In this document: positions 27,393 through 40,000 of the stretch, one piece after another
How the letters are laid out: the number at the start of each line of letters is the position of its first letter
Position numbering within the stretch: the first letter of the stretch is position 1
Assembly: GCA_964016885.1 (NCBI GenBank)
Contig: OZ024744.1
Location: forward strand, 57,970,001 to 58,034,000
From: Eledone cirrhosa
Taxonomy: Eukaryota
Direction of reading: 5' to 3'
Length of the DNA stretch: 64,000 nucleotides
Notes under the pieces: model-generated
Seen by the model: only the letters and a program-made list of their open reading frames with translations
Told to the model about the DNA's origin: nothing
Databases searched by the model: none
Program-made: the position numbers and the translations under genes

Positions 27393-27950
27393 ACTGAGTT
27401 CAAAACCCGCCGAGGTTAACTTTGCCTTTCATCCTTAAGGGGTCGATAAAATAAAGTACCAGTAATACACTGGATAATTGCTGGCCTTGTGCCAAAAGTA
27501 GAAGCAATTATCTATATATAAAGGTGATGGATTGGCAGTATCGGTAGAGGGTTGGACGCCATGCTTTCTAGCATAGTTACGTCTCTGAGTTCAAATCCCG
27601 TCGAGGTTAACTTTGCCTTTCATCCTTATGGGGTCGATAAAATAAAGTACCAGTAATGCACTGGGTAATTGCTGGCCTTGTGCCTAAAGTAGAAACAATT
27701 ATCTATATATATATGGCAGTGGGTTGGCAGAATAAGTAGAGCGTCGGACACCTTGCTTCACGGCATAATTACGTCTCTTTATGTTCTGTGTTCAAATCCC
27801 ACCGAAGTTAGCTTTGTCTTTCATCCTTATGGGGATCGATAAAATAAAGTACCAGTAATGCACTGGAGTCGATTTAATTGACTTTCCCCTCCTCCCAAAT
27901 TACTGGCCTTGTGCCTATATTAGAAATCATTATCATCATCATCATCATCA
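27393..27950 (+). mobile_element. Three tandem Deu/Nin-core tRNA-SINE copies separated by short TA runs
   Basis: Copies at ~27393-27510, ~27522-27700 and ~27715-27935. Confidence 0.85.
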
Positions 27951-29564
27951 TAGCCGGAAAAGCAGATGTTAAATGATGATACATATATAAATATATATCA
28001 TCATCATCATCATCATTTAATGTCAAGCTTCCACGCTAGCATGTTAGCATGGGTTGTCCCATTTAAGGCAAGTTGGATCATATCTTGCTCATATAGGACT
28101 GTTTCTGGCTAGATTTCTACATCTGGATGCCATTCCTAACACAAACCACATTTACAGTGTGGGTTGGGTGCTTTTTGTCATGACACCTACACAACCACTT
28201 TACTGTGTGGGCTGGGTGCTTATTGTCACAACACCCACACAACCACTTTAAAATGTGGGCTGGATGCTTTTTTGTGATACCAACATAACTTTACAGTGCA
28301 AGGGTGGTGTGGACTGCAGTGGGAGGGTGTATGTAGGGCGTAGGCATATTTGGAAGGAAGTATAGTGGTTAAGAGGTACCTACAAGATGTGAGTCCGTGC
28401 ACAAGGGAAGGTGTGTCTTCTGTTTTACTATGTAATGCCAAAGATCTTGATCTTTGAGAGGTGTAATTGCGCAAGGTCAGCTTCTATCACACACACATCA
28501 AAATAAATATATACATAAATATATATATCATCATAATCATTTAATATCCATTTTCGCTGCTAGCAAATGTTGGACAGGTCTTCACAGACCAAGTCTGTGC
28601 TGAAGCAGGGCCACCGATCTTCACAGACAGGCCAGGGATTCACATCTCACTTACATACAGTTCTGTTCTCTACCAAGTGCATTTTATTATGGCACCAGTA
28701 CTAGAGAGGTTGTCATGTCTTTGACACAACTGGAGAGTCCTCCCAACCTTCTGTTTGACAAATTTCTATGGCTGTATGCCCTTCCTAACACCAACCATTT
28801 TACACTATGTACTGCATGCTTTTACGTGTAGATCACCAACACTAGTGAGGTTATCATGATCATGACTTTTTATTTGGCTAACTTTCTAGAGTTCGATGCC
28901 TTTACTATTACCAACCACTTTACAGCATGTACTCGGTGTATTTATCATGTAGATCACCAACACTAGAGAGATTGCTGTGCTATTGATGTAACTGAGGCGT
29001 CTTCTTAACCCTTTTAAGCTTGGTTTCTACAGTGGGGTGCCCTTCCTATCACCAGTCACTTTACTAGGTGAACTAGGTGAACCAGGTGCATTTTCATAGC
29101 ACCATCACTAGAGGTTTCTAGTCATAGTCCCAACTGAAGGTTCCTCTGTTTTGTTGGGTTTTAGGGCGGTGGGTAAAGAGGAAGGAAGATAGGTATGAAG
29201 TTATAGGTGTATGTGGTGATTTGGCAGAGTGATGAGTAAGGTGTAGAGTTGGCTGATAATGTATAGAGAGAAGGGCTGTAAAAATGTGGGGTATGTGGAT
29301 AGTGTGATCAATAGTGTGCCAGGGGGTGTTAGTGATGGAGAGATAAGGAGTGGTAGTGGGGGGATGCACAAGGGGTAGAAAGAGTAGGTGCTAGAGTGCA
29401 ATAGTGAGGATATCTAAGCGTTTTAGAGGGGAGAGTAACTAAGGAGTGTTTCTGAAGGGGGCATGTTTGGTTGTTACAGTAGTGGTGAAGATGGTTGCAG
29501 GGGAGTGCTAGTGGAAGGAAATGGGGACACATGGATGGGTCAGGGCATATTAGAATCTTCTGCT

Positions 29565-30945
29565 CACTAGATTACAGAGCATGGGACTCTGTCAAAGGCC
29601 TTCTCCCTATCTACAAAAGCCAGATACAGTGGCTTACTCTTAGCTAAGTACCTCTCCTGTAGTTGTCTCATCAGAAAGAGGGCATCAGTAATACCCCTGC
29701 CTGGCATGAATTCAAACTGCATCTCATTGAACTTGATTCTGTCTATAATTAGTTGTGCTTTAACCCTTTCAGCAACTTTTATGACCTTGACCATCAACAT
29801 CATGCTTCTGCAATTACTTCTCTCTAATGCATCTCCTTTGCTCTTGTAGCAATTCCTAATGATACTGCTGTGTCAGTCATTGGGTATGACACCATCCTGT
29901 ACTATGTGTCTGACTAGCACATAACTTACCGTGACAGATGCTTTAAGCATCTTAGCAACTATACCAGATGGTTCAACTGTCTTCCTTACCTTCATGTCTT
30001 TAATTGCTTTATCTATCACATTGTTATCAATTTTAATAGCTGGTCCTTCAGTTGGGCCTGCGTGGGGTAGTCCCTCACTGCCCATTTATTCTCTTCCTTC
30101 AACAGCCTCTCATTGCAAGTATTCCATGCTTCTTTCTTTTCGACATCAGACAGGGTAAGTGCTCCACTATTATTTCAGACACAATTTTTAAAAACCACAT
30201 CATGATTTTCTCTAGCACACTATCTCTCAATCTGGAACACATCGTGTCTCTGATCTTCAAGATGCAGAACAAGTGCGAACTTCTTTTCTGTCTCTGGCCC
30301 TTGCTAGGTATACCTAGTACCTGGCTTCTTTTATTGCTATTTCGTATTGCTCCCTGTCTCTACCTTTCCTCCAATCTATCAAAGCTTGTCTATTTGTTTT
30401 TATGGTTATATCTACCTTATCACCCTCCGTCTTGCTGGGACCTTGCTCCAACCATAGGCCTGGTTTATGGCTTCCTGTGTTCTATGTCCCTAACTCATCT
30501 TCCTTTTATTAAGTAGGTTTTATCTGAATTTGTTTCATGCAGCAGGTTCTGTTAGCATCTAGGTCTTCCTTCTCCAGACTTGCCCTTATTCTAAGGTCAC
30601 TGACAACTATGTTGGAAAGTGCATTCTTCCCCAAGAAACTCTTTGGCATTTACAACCATTTTCCTGACCTATTTCCTGGTGAGGATGAAGTTTATTTGGC
30701 TTGTATGCACTCCTGATTGGTAGGTAATCAGGTGTCTGGATGGTTTCTTGAAGTTTGTATTACAGATTATTAATTTAAGAACATCACAGAACACCAGAAG
30801 TCTAGTCCCCTCTTCATTTCTTGTGCCATAACAGTAGCTTCTATGTAAGCCAAGGAGTCCATCATGATGTTGCCCAACATGTCCATTGGAGTGATAAGTT
30901 GCTATAATGAGATTACTGTCATCTGTTATTGACGTAGTCTGTAGG
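29565..30945 (-). mobile_element. Decayed RTE LINE fragment (EN C-terminus to RT N-terminus)
   Basis: PTEGPAIKID, EMQFEFMPGRGITDALF, LAFVDREKAFDRVP. Confidence 0.85.
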
Positions 30946-31155
30946 GCCTCATATACATAGATACATTCATAAATAAAATGTAAATAAAGATTTAATCCTC
31001 AATGTTTTTTTCTATACCAACAGCAATAGATCTTTGTGCTGACATTAAAAATAAATAGATAGCGATTTTATATTAATATGCCATGGTTGCCATTAAGGCA
31101 ATGTCCAGATATTGAATGTTGAACATTGAAAGTTATGTCAGACAATATACATATA

Positions 31156-32189
31156 AATTTCTTTATTAACCACAAGGGCACAAAAGAAGGGGACAAATAC
31201 AAATGGGGAGTTTACATACAGGTATATGAAAATAAAACTATTAATAAAATAACAAATGACAATTGAAATCCCCAATAGGGGGAGGCGTTGCATAGGGGTT
31301 GTACACACCTCGAAAAAATGTACAATCCTCATCTCCAGGAGCACCAAGAGTGAGTACTCCCTTCCTCTCTTCCTCTTTTTCCTCAACCTTATATAGAGCT
31401 CAGGCTTATATAGAGAGAATGCCCAACCACTTGGGCCATCTTTGCCACATTCACCCACCTTTTATAAAATTTGCTGGGATACAGCACCTCTCTCTCCACC
31501 CTGATTCTTCTTCCAAAATGATATTTGAAAAAACGAATCAGTTGCTCGCCGGAGAGAAAGGTGTCTGACCTCAGCCTTTTTAACCTCGTCCACCATATAA
31601 CCTCTTTCACCATAGCCATAACACATAGGAAAACCGCCTCACCCTCGTTTTTGAAGGAGGGTGGCGGTTTGATCATGACAATGGACTCGTTGGTCAACTG
31701 GATTGGTTCCACACCCGCGACAATAGTCGTTCTACATAGCCCCACAGGTCGGTAACGCCCGGGCAGTGTACAAATGCGTGCGCGACGGTTTCCTCGTCGC
31801 GCACGCATCTAGGACAGATCTTTTTCGAAGGGTCCCTACCCAGGCTCCCGTGTCTGTAGAGCTTGTCTCGAACTGGTAGAGCTCCTCGGTAGCACTGCCA
31901 GGCCAGGGACTTTTGGAAGTTGTCCATTGGTCGCGGGCGGAAGGTCCTACTGAACAGACTGGCCACTTCGTCCTCCTCTACGCCTAGAGTTTCTCCAAGC
32001 GTGTCGTCGCACTTGCTGCGAACCAACCCTCTATAGAATGTCGAAGTGGAGTCTCCACTGATCGCCAGGTCCGTTTGCCAGAAGACTGTGAGTGCCTGAG
32101 CACATTCAATGTGCCAGTCGCCCATTTTCCTCGGTCTTTGCTTGACCCAGGACTGCAGCTCAGTCAGCGAGACGAGTCGTGGGAAGGCT
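31156..32189 (-). mobile_element. Tx1 3' fragment
   Basis: High similarity to 20757-21785; one frameshift near 31715. Confidence 0.9.
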
Positions 32190-33170
32190 CACCTTTATCA
32201 TTCCGGATACACTTCTCTCCAATGACATCACAATTCTCTCTGACACACTGCCTCGCAATCTTGAAAACCTCCTGTTTCTTGACCTCACGTTGCAAAACAT
32301 GCTTGAATTTTCTATCCTCTGCTTCCCTCCTAGCTAAGTATACTTGTCGCCTAGCTTCCCTCCTGGTCTCTATGTAATGTACCCTGCTTCCCCCGTTCTT
32401 CCATTCTTTCCATGCCTGTCTCTTGGCCTTAACCGCCTCATCTACCTTATTGTTCCACCACCAAGTCACTCTCCTCCTGCTTGTGGTCTTACTCCAGCCA
32501 CAGATCTCATCCATCGCCTCTAGTAAGTTATTTTTTAGGAACTCCCAGTGCTCTTCTACATTGAATGTCTGTATCTGTTCTTCTTTACTGTCGTAGGCGT
32601 TGAGTAAAATATCTTTAAATCTGTTACTGACTGAGGGGTCTTTCAACTTCCAGATCTTTCTTCTCCAGGATGACCTCTGTTTCCAGGTTCGTCTAGTTCT
32701 GACCGTGAGGTCGCTGACAACTAAGCTATGTTGGTAGGTACATTCCTCACTAGGGAGGGCTTTTGTGTTTACGACCGTCCATCTGGCACGTCCTCTGATG
32801 AGGATAAAATCTATCTGACTAGAATGCTCCCCTGATCTATAGGTGATCAGGTGGTTGTCGGGTTTTTTGAAGTTTGTGTTACATATCGACATGTCATTGG
32901 CGTCGCAGAATTCTAGAAGTCTGAATCCTTCTTCATTTTTTGTGCCAAACCCATGGCCTCCATGGACTCTATTGAAGCCGTCACAGTGTTTACCTACGTG
33001 CCCGTTAAAATCTCCTGCAATGATTAGGAAGTCATTGTCGTTTGTTAGAGCACTAGTGTGCATTAGGGACTCGTAAAACCTATCCTTAAGTTCATCTGGC
33101 AACCCCGATTGGGGTGCGTAAGCTGATATTATTGTGGTAATTGTTTTATTCAGGACTAGTCTGAGTTTAA
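32190..33170 (-). mobile_element. RTE LINE internal fragment (APE endonuclease region), frame open
   Basis: GDFNGHVG, LLEFCD, SQIDFILI, VTWWWN; homologous to the 14618 ORF. Confidence 0.9.
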
Positions 33171-33987
33171 TCTAATATATATTTGTGACGGACATGAAAA
33201 TTTATACACCTATGTAAAAAGTGCCAAGGAAGCAAATAAATGAGGTTTCAAATCTCTAACTTGAAAAATGTGGTCCCTAGGGCTCCCAAACGGTCTATTT
33301 ACTATCGCGTTCGGTTAGTTATTTCCTCCCGTTCTAGTACTTGGATGAGTTATTTACAATTTCATACAAATGTTTAAACTCATCAACGTTCTTTCGCTGT
33401 TAACATACAGTACCAATAATTTAAAAAATATTATTGAAAGTTTATTATAAAGAAGCAGTTTCAGGAAAAAAAAAATAGAAATATGCACTTTGGGCTGGAC
33501 GGCGTACAATGAGAAGTGGAACGACGTGAAAAGCGTTGTTTATTAACAGCGAAATAGCAATATCGATGATATGCAAGTTTGAAAATGCAGATTAATAAAC
33601 TGTTGCCTTCTACAGTACGTTTAATTTTCACAGTACCATTTTATGAAATCGATTCTGCAGTACGGTCACTGTTTTCCATCAAAAGAAATAAAACCCTTAA
33701 ATTGCGAAGAAGGGACGCGTGTTTTTATTTTAATTCTAATACATGTTAACCACCACTAACAGTAAGTAGTATTTTTCAAATTGCATATCATCGACATTGC
33801 TATTTCGCTGTTAATAAACAATGCTTTTCACGTCGCTCCACTTCTCATTGTACGCCGTCCAGCCCCAAGTGCATATTTCTATTTTTTTTTCCTGATACTG
33901 CTTCTTTATAATAAACTTTCAATAATATTTTTCAAATTATTAACTTAATAAAAAGTGGCCCCGGGTGCAACCGGGCTCAGCTGCTAG
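33171..33987 (+). mobile_element. Non-autonomous Helitron-like element with large internal inverted repeat
   Basis: A|TC start; subterminal hairpin CCCGGG-TGCA-ACCGGG ~9 nt before CTAG|T; no TSD. Confidence 0.7.
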
Positions 33988-35543
33988 TATATATATATAT
34001 AGTGTGTAACGTTTCTCGAAATATTTACGTCTACGTTCACAGATTGATTTTTTTAGGTTCAGAAGATCCCGTTATGGGTGAAAGCAGCGATTCTTCGCTT
34101 AAACTTTAATCTGTTATTTTAATATATGTATATATAATTATATATTCGTGTACAGATATTTTTGCATACACAATAACAAAATATAAACAAACGTATTTAT
34201 TTCACGAGGCTCAATAAGGATAAATATATATCAAATATATAAGAACCCTAGAGCAAATATTGTTCTCATTGCTGACGAGGCAGAAGGGGATATACACGAT
34301 TGGCTGAAGAAGGACGAGACTGTGTTAGTAGTACGACCAATGGCTGCTATCACACCAACAGCAGCAAAAACAACAACAAAAAAAGAGAGGGAACGCAATT
34401 ACATGCTTTTGAAAAATCTTAATGGAAAATTATTTGCCTATTCACCCAAGGCGACTTCACTTTTTATTAGGACTTCTGCATCAATTGGTGAACATACGAC
34501 GAAACTGTTTCAGAAAGGAGGAATAAACATGCCAATCTATGTTTAGAATCCCGAGCAATGCCGGGCCATTCTGCTAGTAATGTACTAAAACTGTCAAACA
34601 TTGTCAACATTTCCTGTGTTTCACAGACTTTCACAAGTTGAAATAATATACGCCTCAAAGAATAGCTGCCTCTTATTTAGACAAAGCAGACAGACAGTGG
34701 ACACACACATGCGCGCGCGTGCACCCACACACACATATACATTCGTACACACACATATATAATGATATATATTGATATATGGACACTCTAATCCATGCAT
34801 AAATATAATATATGGACAGAAACGTGTAAACATATATGTACAGCTACGTAGACATAAGTAAAAAAAAATACACATATATGTAATATAATTAAATACGACT
34901 GAGATTCTATATTTTTAGATGTTCCAACATGAAGAATATTACTGGGACATTCTCATCAAAACATCCCTCAAATGCAAAAATAAAATAAAAATTCACCCTC
35001 AAATTAAATCCTATGGTCTTTTGAGGGAGAAAAGTAAGAAGACACAGAATGATGTAGTTCCTGATATAGAAAATGACAGGATGCGTAAGGTTAGAATGCC
35101 TTTGATCAGAGATGTGCATGGAAAAATAGATGTTAAACAGTTATTATGTGTGATAGACACTTGCTTGGCTGTATGATTGAGGAGTTTGTTTCACAACCAT
35201 GTAGTTTCTGATTCACTCATACAGCGTGGCATCTTGGGTAAGTGTTCTCCACTGGTAGCCTCGAGTTGGTTGATGCTTTATGAATGAAATCTGGTACATA
35301 GAAACAGTGTGGAAGATTGTTATATTTGTATATATAAACAATTTATGTAACATCAGCATCTTTCTTAATGTTATTATCATATATATGTTGAAATGACTCT
35401 TTTCCTATTACCCAATCTACTTCCCTAAGTATTGAGTACTCTGGTGTGTTATGGTCCACCTGCTATCTTACCACATCCTCTTTGTTTTATATATATATTA
35501 TATAAATTAACAAAGAAGCCTTTAATACATTAAAAATCTTTAT

Positions 35544-35588
35544 TTGCTGACAATGTTTCGTCCCATTAATTAGGACTCATCAGAGCAA
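35544..35588 (-). ncRNA. Canonical minimal type I hammerhead ribozyme
   Basis: Minus strand: ttgct-CTGATGA-gtcc-taattaatg-ggac-GAAA-cattg-TC-agcaa; GUC cleavage triplet. Confidence 0.85.
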
Positions 35589-36001
35589 GGAAAAGACAAA
35601 AAAATATCATCGGCTAGAACAAGCCAAAATTCAGAAGAATAGCGAATGGATATTTAGGAAAATTATCATGGAAAGACATGTTAAACCTAATAGGGTGCAT
35701 TGTTTTACTCTAATGCACTCAAGTATTTTTATCTTATATATGTATATATATATATATATATGTCATTATCATCATCATCATTGTTGCTTTAACGTTCACT
35801 TTCCTTGCTAGCAAGGGTTGGACGGATCTACATAGATCAAGTCAGCACTTCACAGGGTGCACAAGTACGTTCTCTATGCTGGATGCCCTTCCTATCACCA
35901 ATCACTTTACAGCATGTACTGGGTGTATTTATCGTGTAATTTACCAACACTTGGGAGGGTGTCATGCTAGCGTGCAAGATAGACGTTAATCGATGATGAT
36001 G

Positions 36002-36027
<26 letters not shown>

Positions 36028-36032
<5 letters not shown>

Positions 36033-36478
36033 GATTGGGGCTCTGAAATAGCGATGTATACATGAATGTATGTATAGTATATTTGGCAATATACCGTATG
36101 TTTAATTAAAAACATTTTGAAGACCTTGCGCTATCATTTTTAAAGTAGTGACTATGTCACTTACTTCTTTTTATTTTCGGCAAAAGAAGTAAGAGAAGCT
36201 AACAGAGTCTGATTCGCACTGTTGGTGATCATCAGCGCAACGTACCGAAAATCATAGAAGCTGGATTCTTATAGAATTCCAGTAATAATCAGGAGCTGAT
36301 TATACAGAGTGATTGCTGGTCCAACAAAAATTAGGTATTAGGATTGGTGCTCTGAAATAGCGATGTATACATGAATGTATGTATAGTATATTTGGCAATA
36401 TACCGTATGTTTAATTAAAAACATTTTGAAGATCTTGCGCTATCATTTTTAAAGTAGTGACTATGTCACTTACTTCTT

Positions 36479-36482
<4 letters not shown>
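36028..36482. repeat. ~140-bp direct repeat pair between TA runs
   Basis: ~36028-36168 matches ~36337-36478; a partial copy lies at ~44840-44910. Confidence 0.8.
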
Positions 36483-36520
<38 letters not shown>

Positions 36521-36560
36521 GAAAATGAAGAATCAGTGATGCATCGGAACTCAATTTATT

Positions 36561-36653
36561 ACGTATTACAATTGTTTCCCCGGCGAACAGCTCGAGGTGC
36601 GATCTGTGTGTGGATCAAACCTGACTCTGGATTCACAGGTTCCTCAGACACGT
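36561..36653 (-). ncRNA. HHR with ~61-nt extended stem II
   Basis: Inverted copy of 44126-44218. Confidence 0.75.
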
Positions 36654-37076
36654 CTAGTGATTTCGGAGCAAATCCTCTTTCTCTAGGGTTCCGACCTTAC
36701 GAGTCTATATCATCTACCTTCATCCTGTTTGCGCGTCCTTGGATTGGTCACTGATTTGTGACATCATCATAGTTCTGACAACTGGAAGCAGCCCACTGAC
36801 CATCAAGGCGTAAGCTGTCACTCACTCACAGTCCCATCGGCAAAATTACTCCCACACGCACACACACGCGCACCGAGAGACACAGACAGAATAACTTGCG
36901 TGCTTGCCTTCACACATGTACCTACAGAAATATATACACATATCTATATATACACACACATACACAGTCACACAAATATACACATACATGCACACACACA
37001 CACATATGCATGTATGCACATATACACACACACACACCTGTATATATACATACATACATACACACGCATACATATA

Positions 37077-40000
37077 TGTAGCGACGTGGTTAGTCAGTCT
37101 AGTCAATACTTCTGATCAGATCCGAGAATAGCCCTTACAAGAACTCTTATCGCATACGGTCTGATCAGATCTGAAGGTAGCCCTTAAAAGGACTGTTGTC
37201 GCATATAGCCCTTAAAAGAACTGTTGAGGATGGACAGACGAAAGCACAAGTTGAAAGGACGAAGCAAGGCGAGATGTAAATTCGATCATCTATTTATTTT
37301 CACATGAAGCGACGATACGAGGTACAAGGCGTGTGTGAGTGACAAAGCGTGGCAGAGTAAAGGAACAACGATGCGCTAGCTAACACTGCCAAAAGTCGAC
37401 TGGCGAAGTGTTAGGGACCACTCTATTTATACAGGAACAATCCTTTGTTGTTTAGTCGATGTGTAGGCGTTTATTCTGGTAGGTTCTAAGGGTTCTGTTG
37501 TTTCACGTTGAAGTAGCTAGCTAACAGGTAGATGGCGCTGTATATTTCACAGATGTTATTTCCGGTGGCTGTACATTAGCCCCCTGCCAGTTCTTTTGTA
37601 CAACAAAAGAGCGAAATATCGTATAGTAATGGGCCAGTGGTGCATTTGTCATGACAATAACCCCAGGAGTGTCCAGCACGTTGTGAAATTTTGTGATCTT
37701 CGAGTACAGGACAGAGTCGATGTTGAGATGATATGGCAAGATGTGTGTGTCAGGAAGAGAAAAAAGAAATAAACTATAAAATGACTTTGACCAGATTTAT
37801 GCAGGCGTGATGAATGAGCCTGTTGCAATTTGGGTTGAGCTGCCTGTGAATTGCGTGACAAAAAGTCTAACTGGGCAGTGAAAATAACCGTAATGTGTGA
37901 ACTGAATGGCCGTAAGCATGCTGCCTAAAAGTAACAGCTTGCTCCACAGCATATGACTTGAGCGAATTCATGTGGTAAAAAAAAATAGCGAGGCATTCTC
38001 GAGCTATTGAGTGAATGTGTACGTGAAAAAAGAAGGCCAATGTTTTGAGGATGCGATTTGTGAAATGCGTGATCAAAGAGAAAACATTTTGTAGTGTAGG
38101 AGTTAAAGGGACACAAATATCTATTGCTGAACCAAATATCTATTGTATGAACCAAAAGGTGAAACAAATGTGGTTTTGTAGTGTGCATGAAAAACAAAAT
38201 ATGTACACGCCTTGTATGTATATAAAAATTATGGCAATTACACAATCAATGTTACAGAACAAGAAAAATACAAATTTTGCAAAACAAGAGAGAGAAGAAG
38301 AAAAAAATGTTATACACAATGTTTGTTCTTAAATAGTGTTTGTAATAGATAATGTTCATAATAAATAATGTTCTTCGTGACATGAGCACATGGTCACTAA
38401 AAATTGCAATTGTTCAAGCAGAAAGTTCATTGTATTTGAAACTGGAAATAGGAAACACAAGAAAAATGGAAATGTTTTGCACGAAGACTGATTAATAAAC
38501 TCACTTGAGTTTAACGGTAAGTCACATATTATGCCAACTTTGCGGGCCAATGGACGCGTCGTCCGCTTCTCGTGATTGGAGATGAAACAGGTGGCTCGCT
38601 GGGACAGAAATCTGTTGGAGTTTCTAGTGTAGAGACTGTAACAGTATCCATGATGGCTTTTTTTAATCTGTCCACGCTGACAGAATTCTGTTTACCATCT
38701 AGATCGAGAATAAAATATTTCGGATATTTTTTTAGAACACGATAAGGGCCAGAATATGGAGGTCGAAGATGAGCTGAGATGGTGTCGTTTCGAACGAAAA
38801 CGTGTGTCCAATCTTTAATGTCTGAAGGTACGTGTGTGGCCGTGTTCTGTTGACGGGTGCTTGCAGGAGCAAGGTGAGACATATATTGTCGAAGACGGTG
38901 TACGTATGATCCTGGGTCTGGAACGTCCTGAGGAGAGATGGGAGCAACCATCTGACCAGGTAGAACCAGGGTGGTGCCGTACACTAATTCTGCAGGTGTG
39001 TGTCCGAATTCCTCCTTAACGGTAGATCGAATGCCCAGAAGGATGAGTGGTAGGTATTCAAACCAGTGGGTCTTGTCTGGATATGCTTTTATTGCAGCTT
39101 TCAATTGGCGATGGAATCTTTCCACGAGACCATTAGCTTGCGGGTGATAAGCTGTCGTGCGGATGTGTTTACATCCTAACAGGCGAGTCAGTTCCCTGAA
39201 GAGGTGGGAGTCAAATTGGCGTCCTCTGTCCATTGTTATCTTCGCTGGGGCGCCATAACGTGATACTCAGTGTAAAACCAAAGTTTTAGCGACTGTTTCT
39301 GCTGAGGTATCATTTATGGGAAAAGCCTCAGGCCAACGAGAAAATCGATCGATGCAGGTGAGCAAGTGTGTGTAGTTCTGTGATGGTGGTAGAGGTCCGA
39401 CGATGTCGATATGCACATGATGAAAACGTGCATCAGGTTGCGCGAATGTGCCGAGTGGAGTTTTGATGTGTCTGTGGACTTTGGCTTTCTGGCAGGCAAT
39501 GCAGCTCCTGGACCAGTCGCGCACGTCCTTGTTAATGTTAGTCCACACAAAACGAGCAGAGATGAGTTTCTGTGTAGCCCGGATTCCCGGGTGAGAGAAG
39601 CAGTGTAAAGCAGAAAAAACTTGTCGACGATGCATCTGTGGTACGTACGGTCGTTCATGACCGGTAGAAAGGTCGCACCAAATTTGTCCCGGAGAAGAAG
39701 GAATGGGAACTTGCTGAAACTTGAGAGATGGCGAATCTCGGAGTTTCATAAACTCTTCGTCAGTCTCTTGGTCAGCTGCGATTTGTTGAAGGTCGATGCC
39801 TGAATGCACATGTATTGCGTTCAGCTGGATTCGGGACAGGGCGTCGGCTGCTACGTTGTCTGATCCCTTGATATGCCGAATATCAGTTGAATATTGGGAG
39901 ACAAAATCCAGGTGTCGGAGTTCTCTCGGTGAATGTCGATCAGGTTTGGTATGGAACGCATAAATTAATGGTTTATGGTCCGTGTAGATCACGAAATCTG

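Noticed and set aside
36195-36240. Minus-strand CTGATGA-t-cac..gtg-c-GAAT motif
   Set aside because: Core is mutated and stem I is unsupported; at best a decayed HHR.
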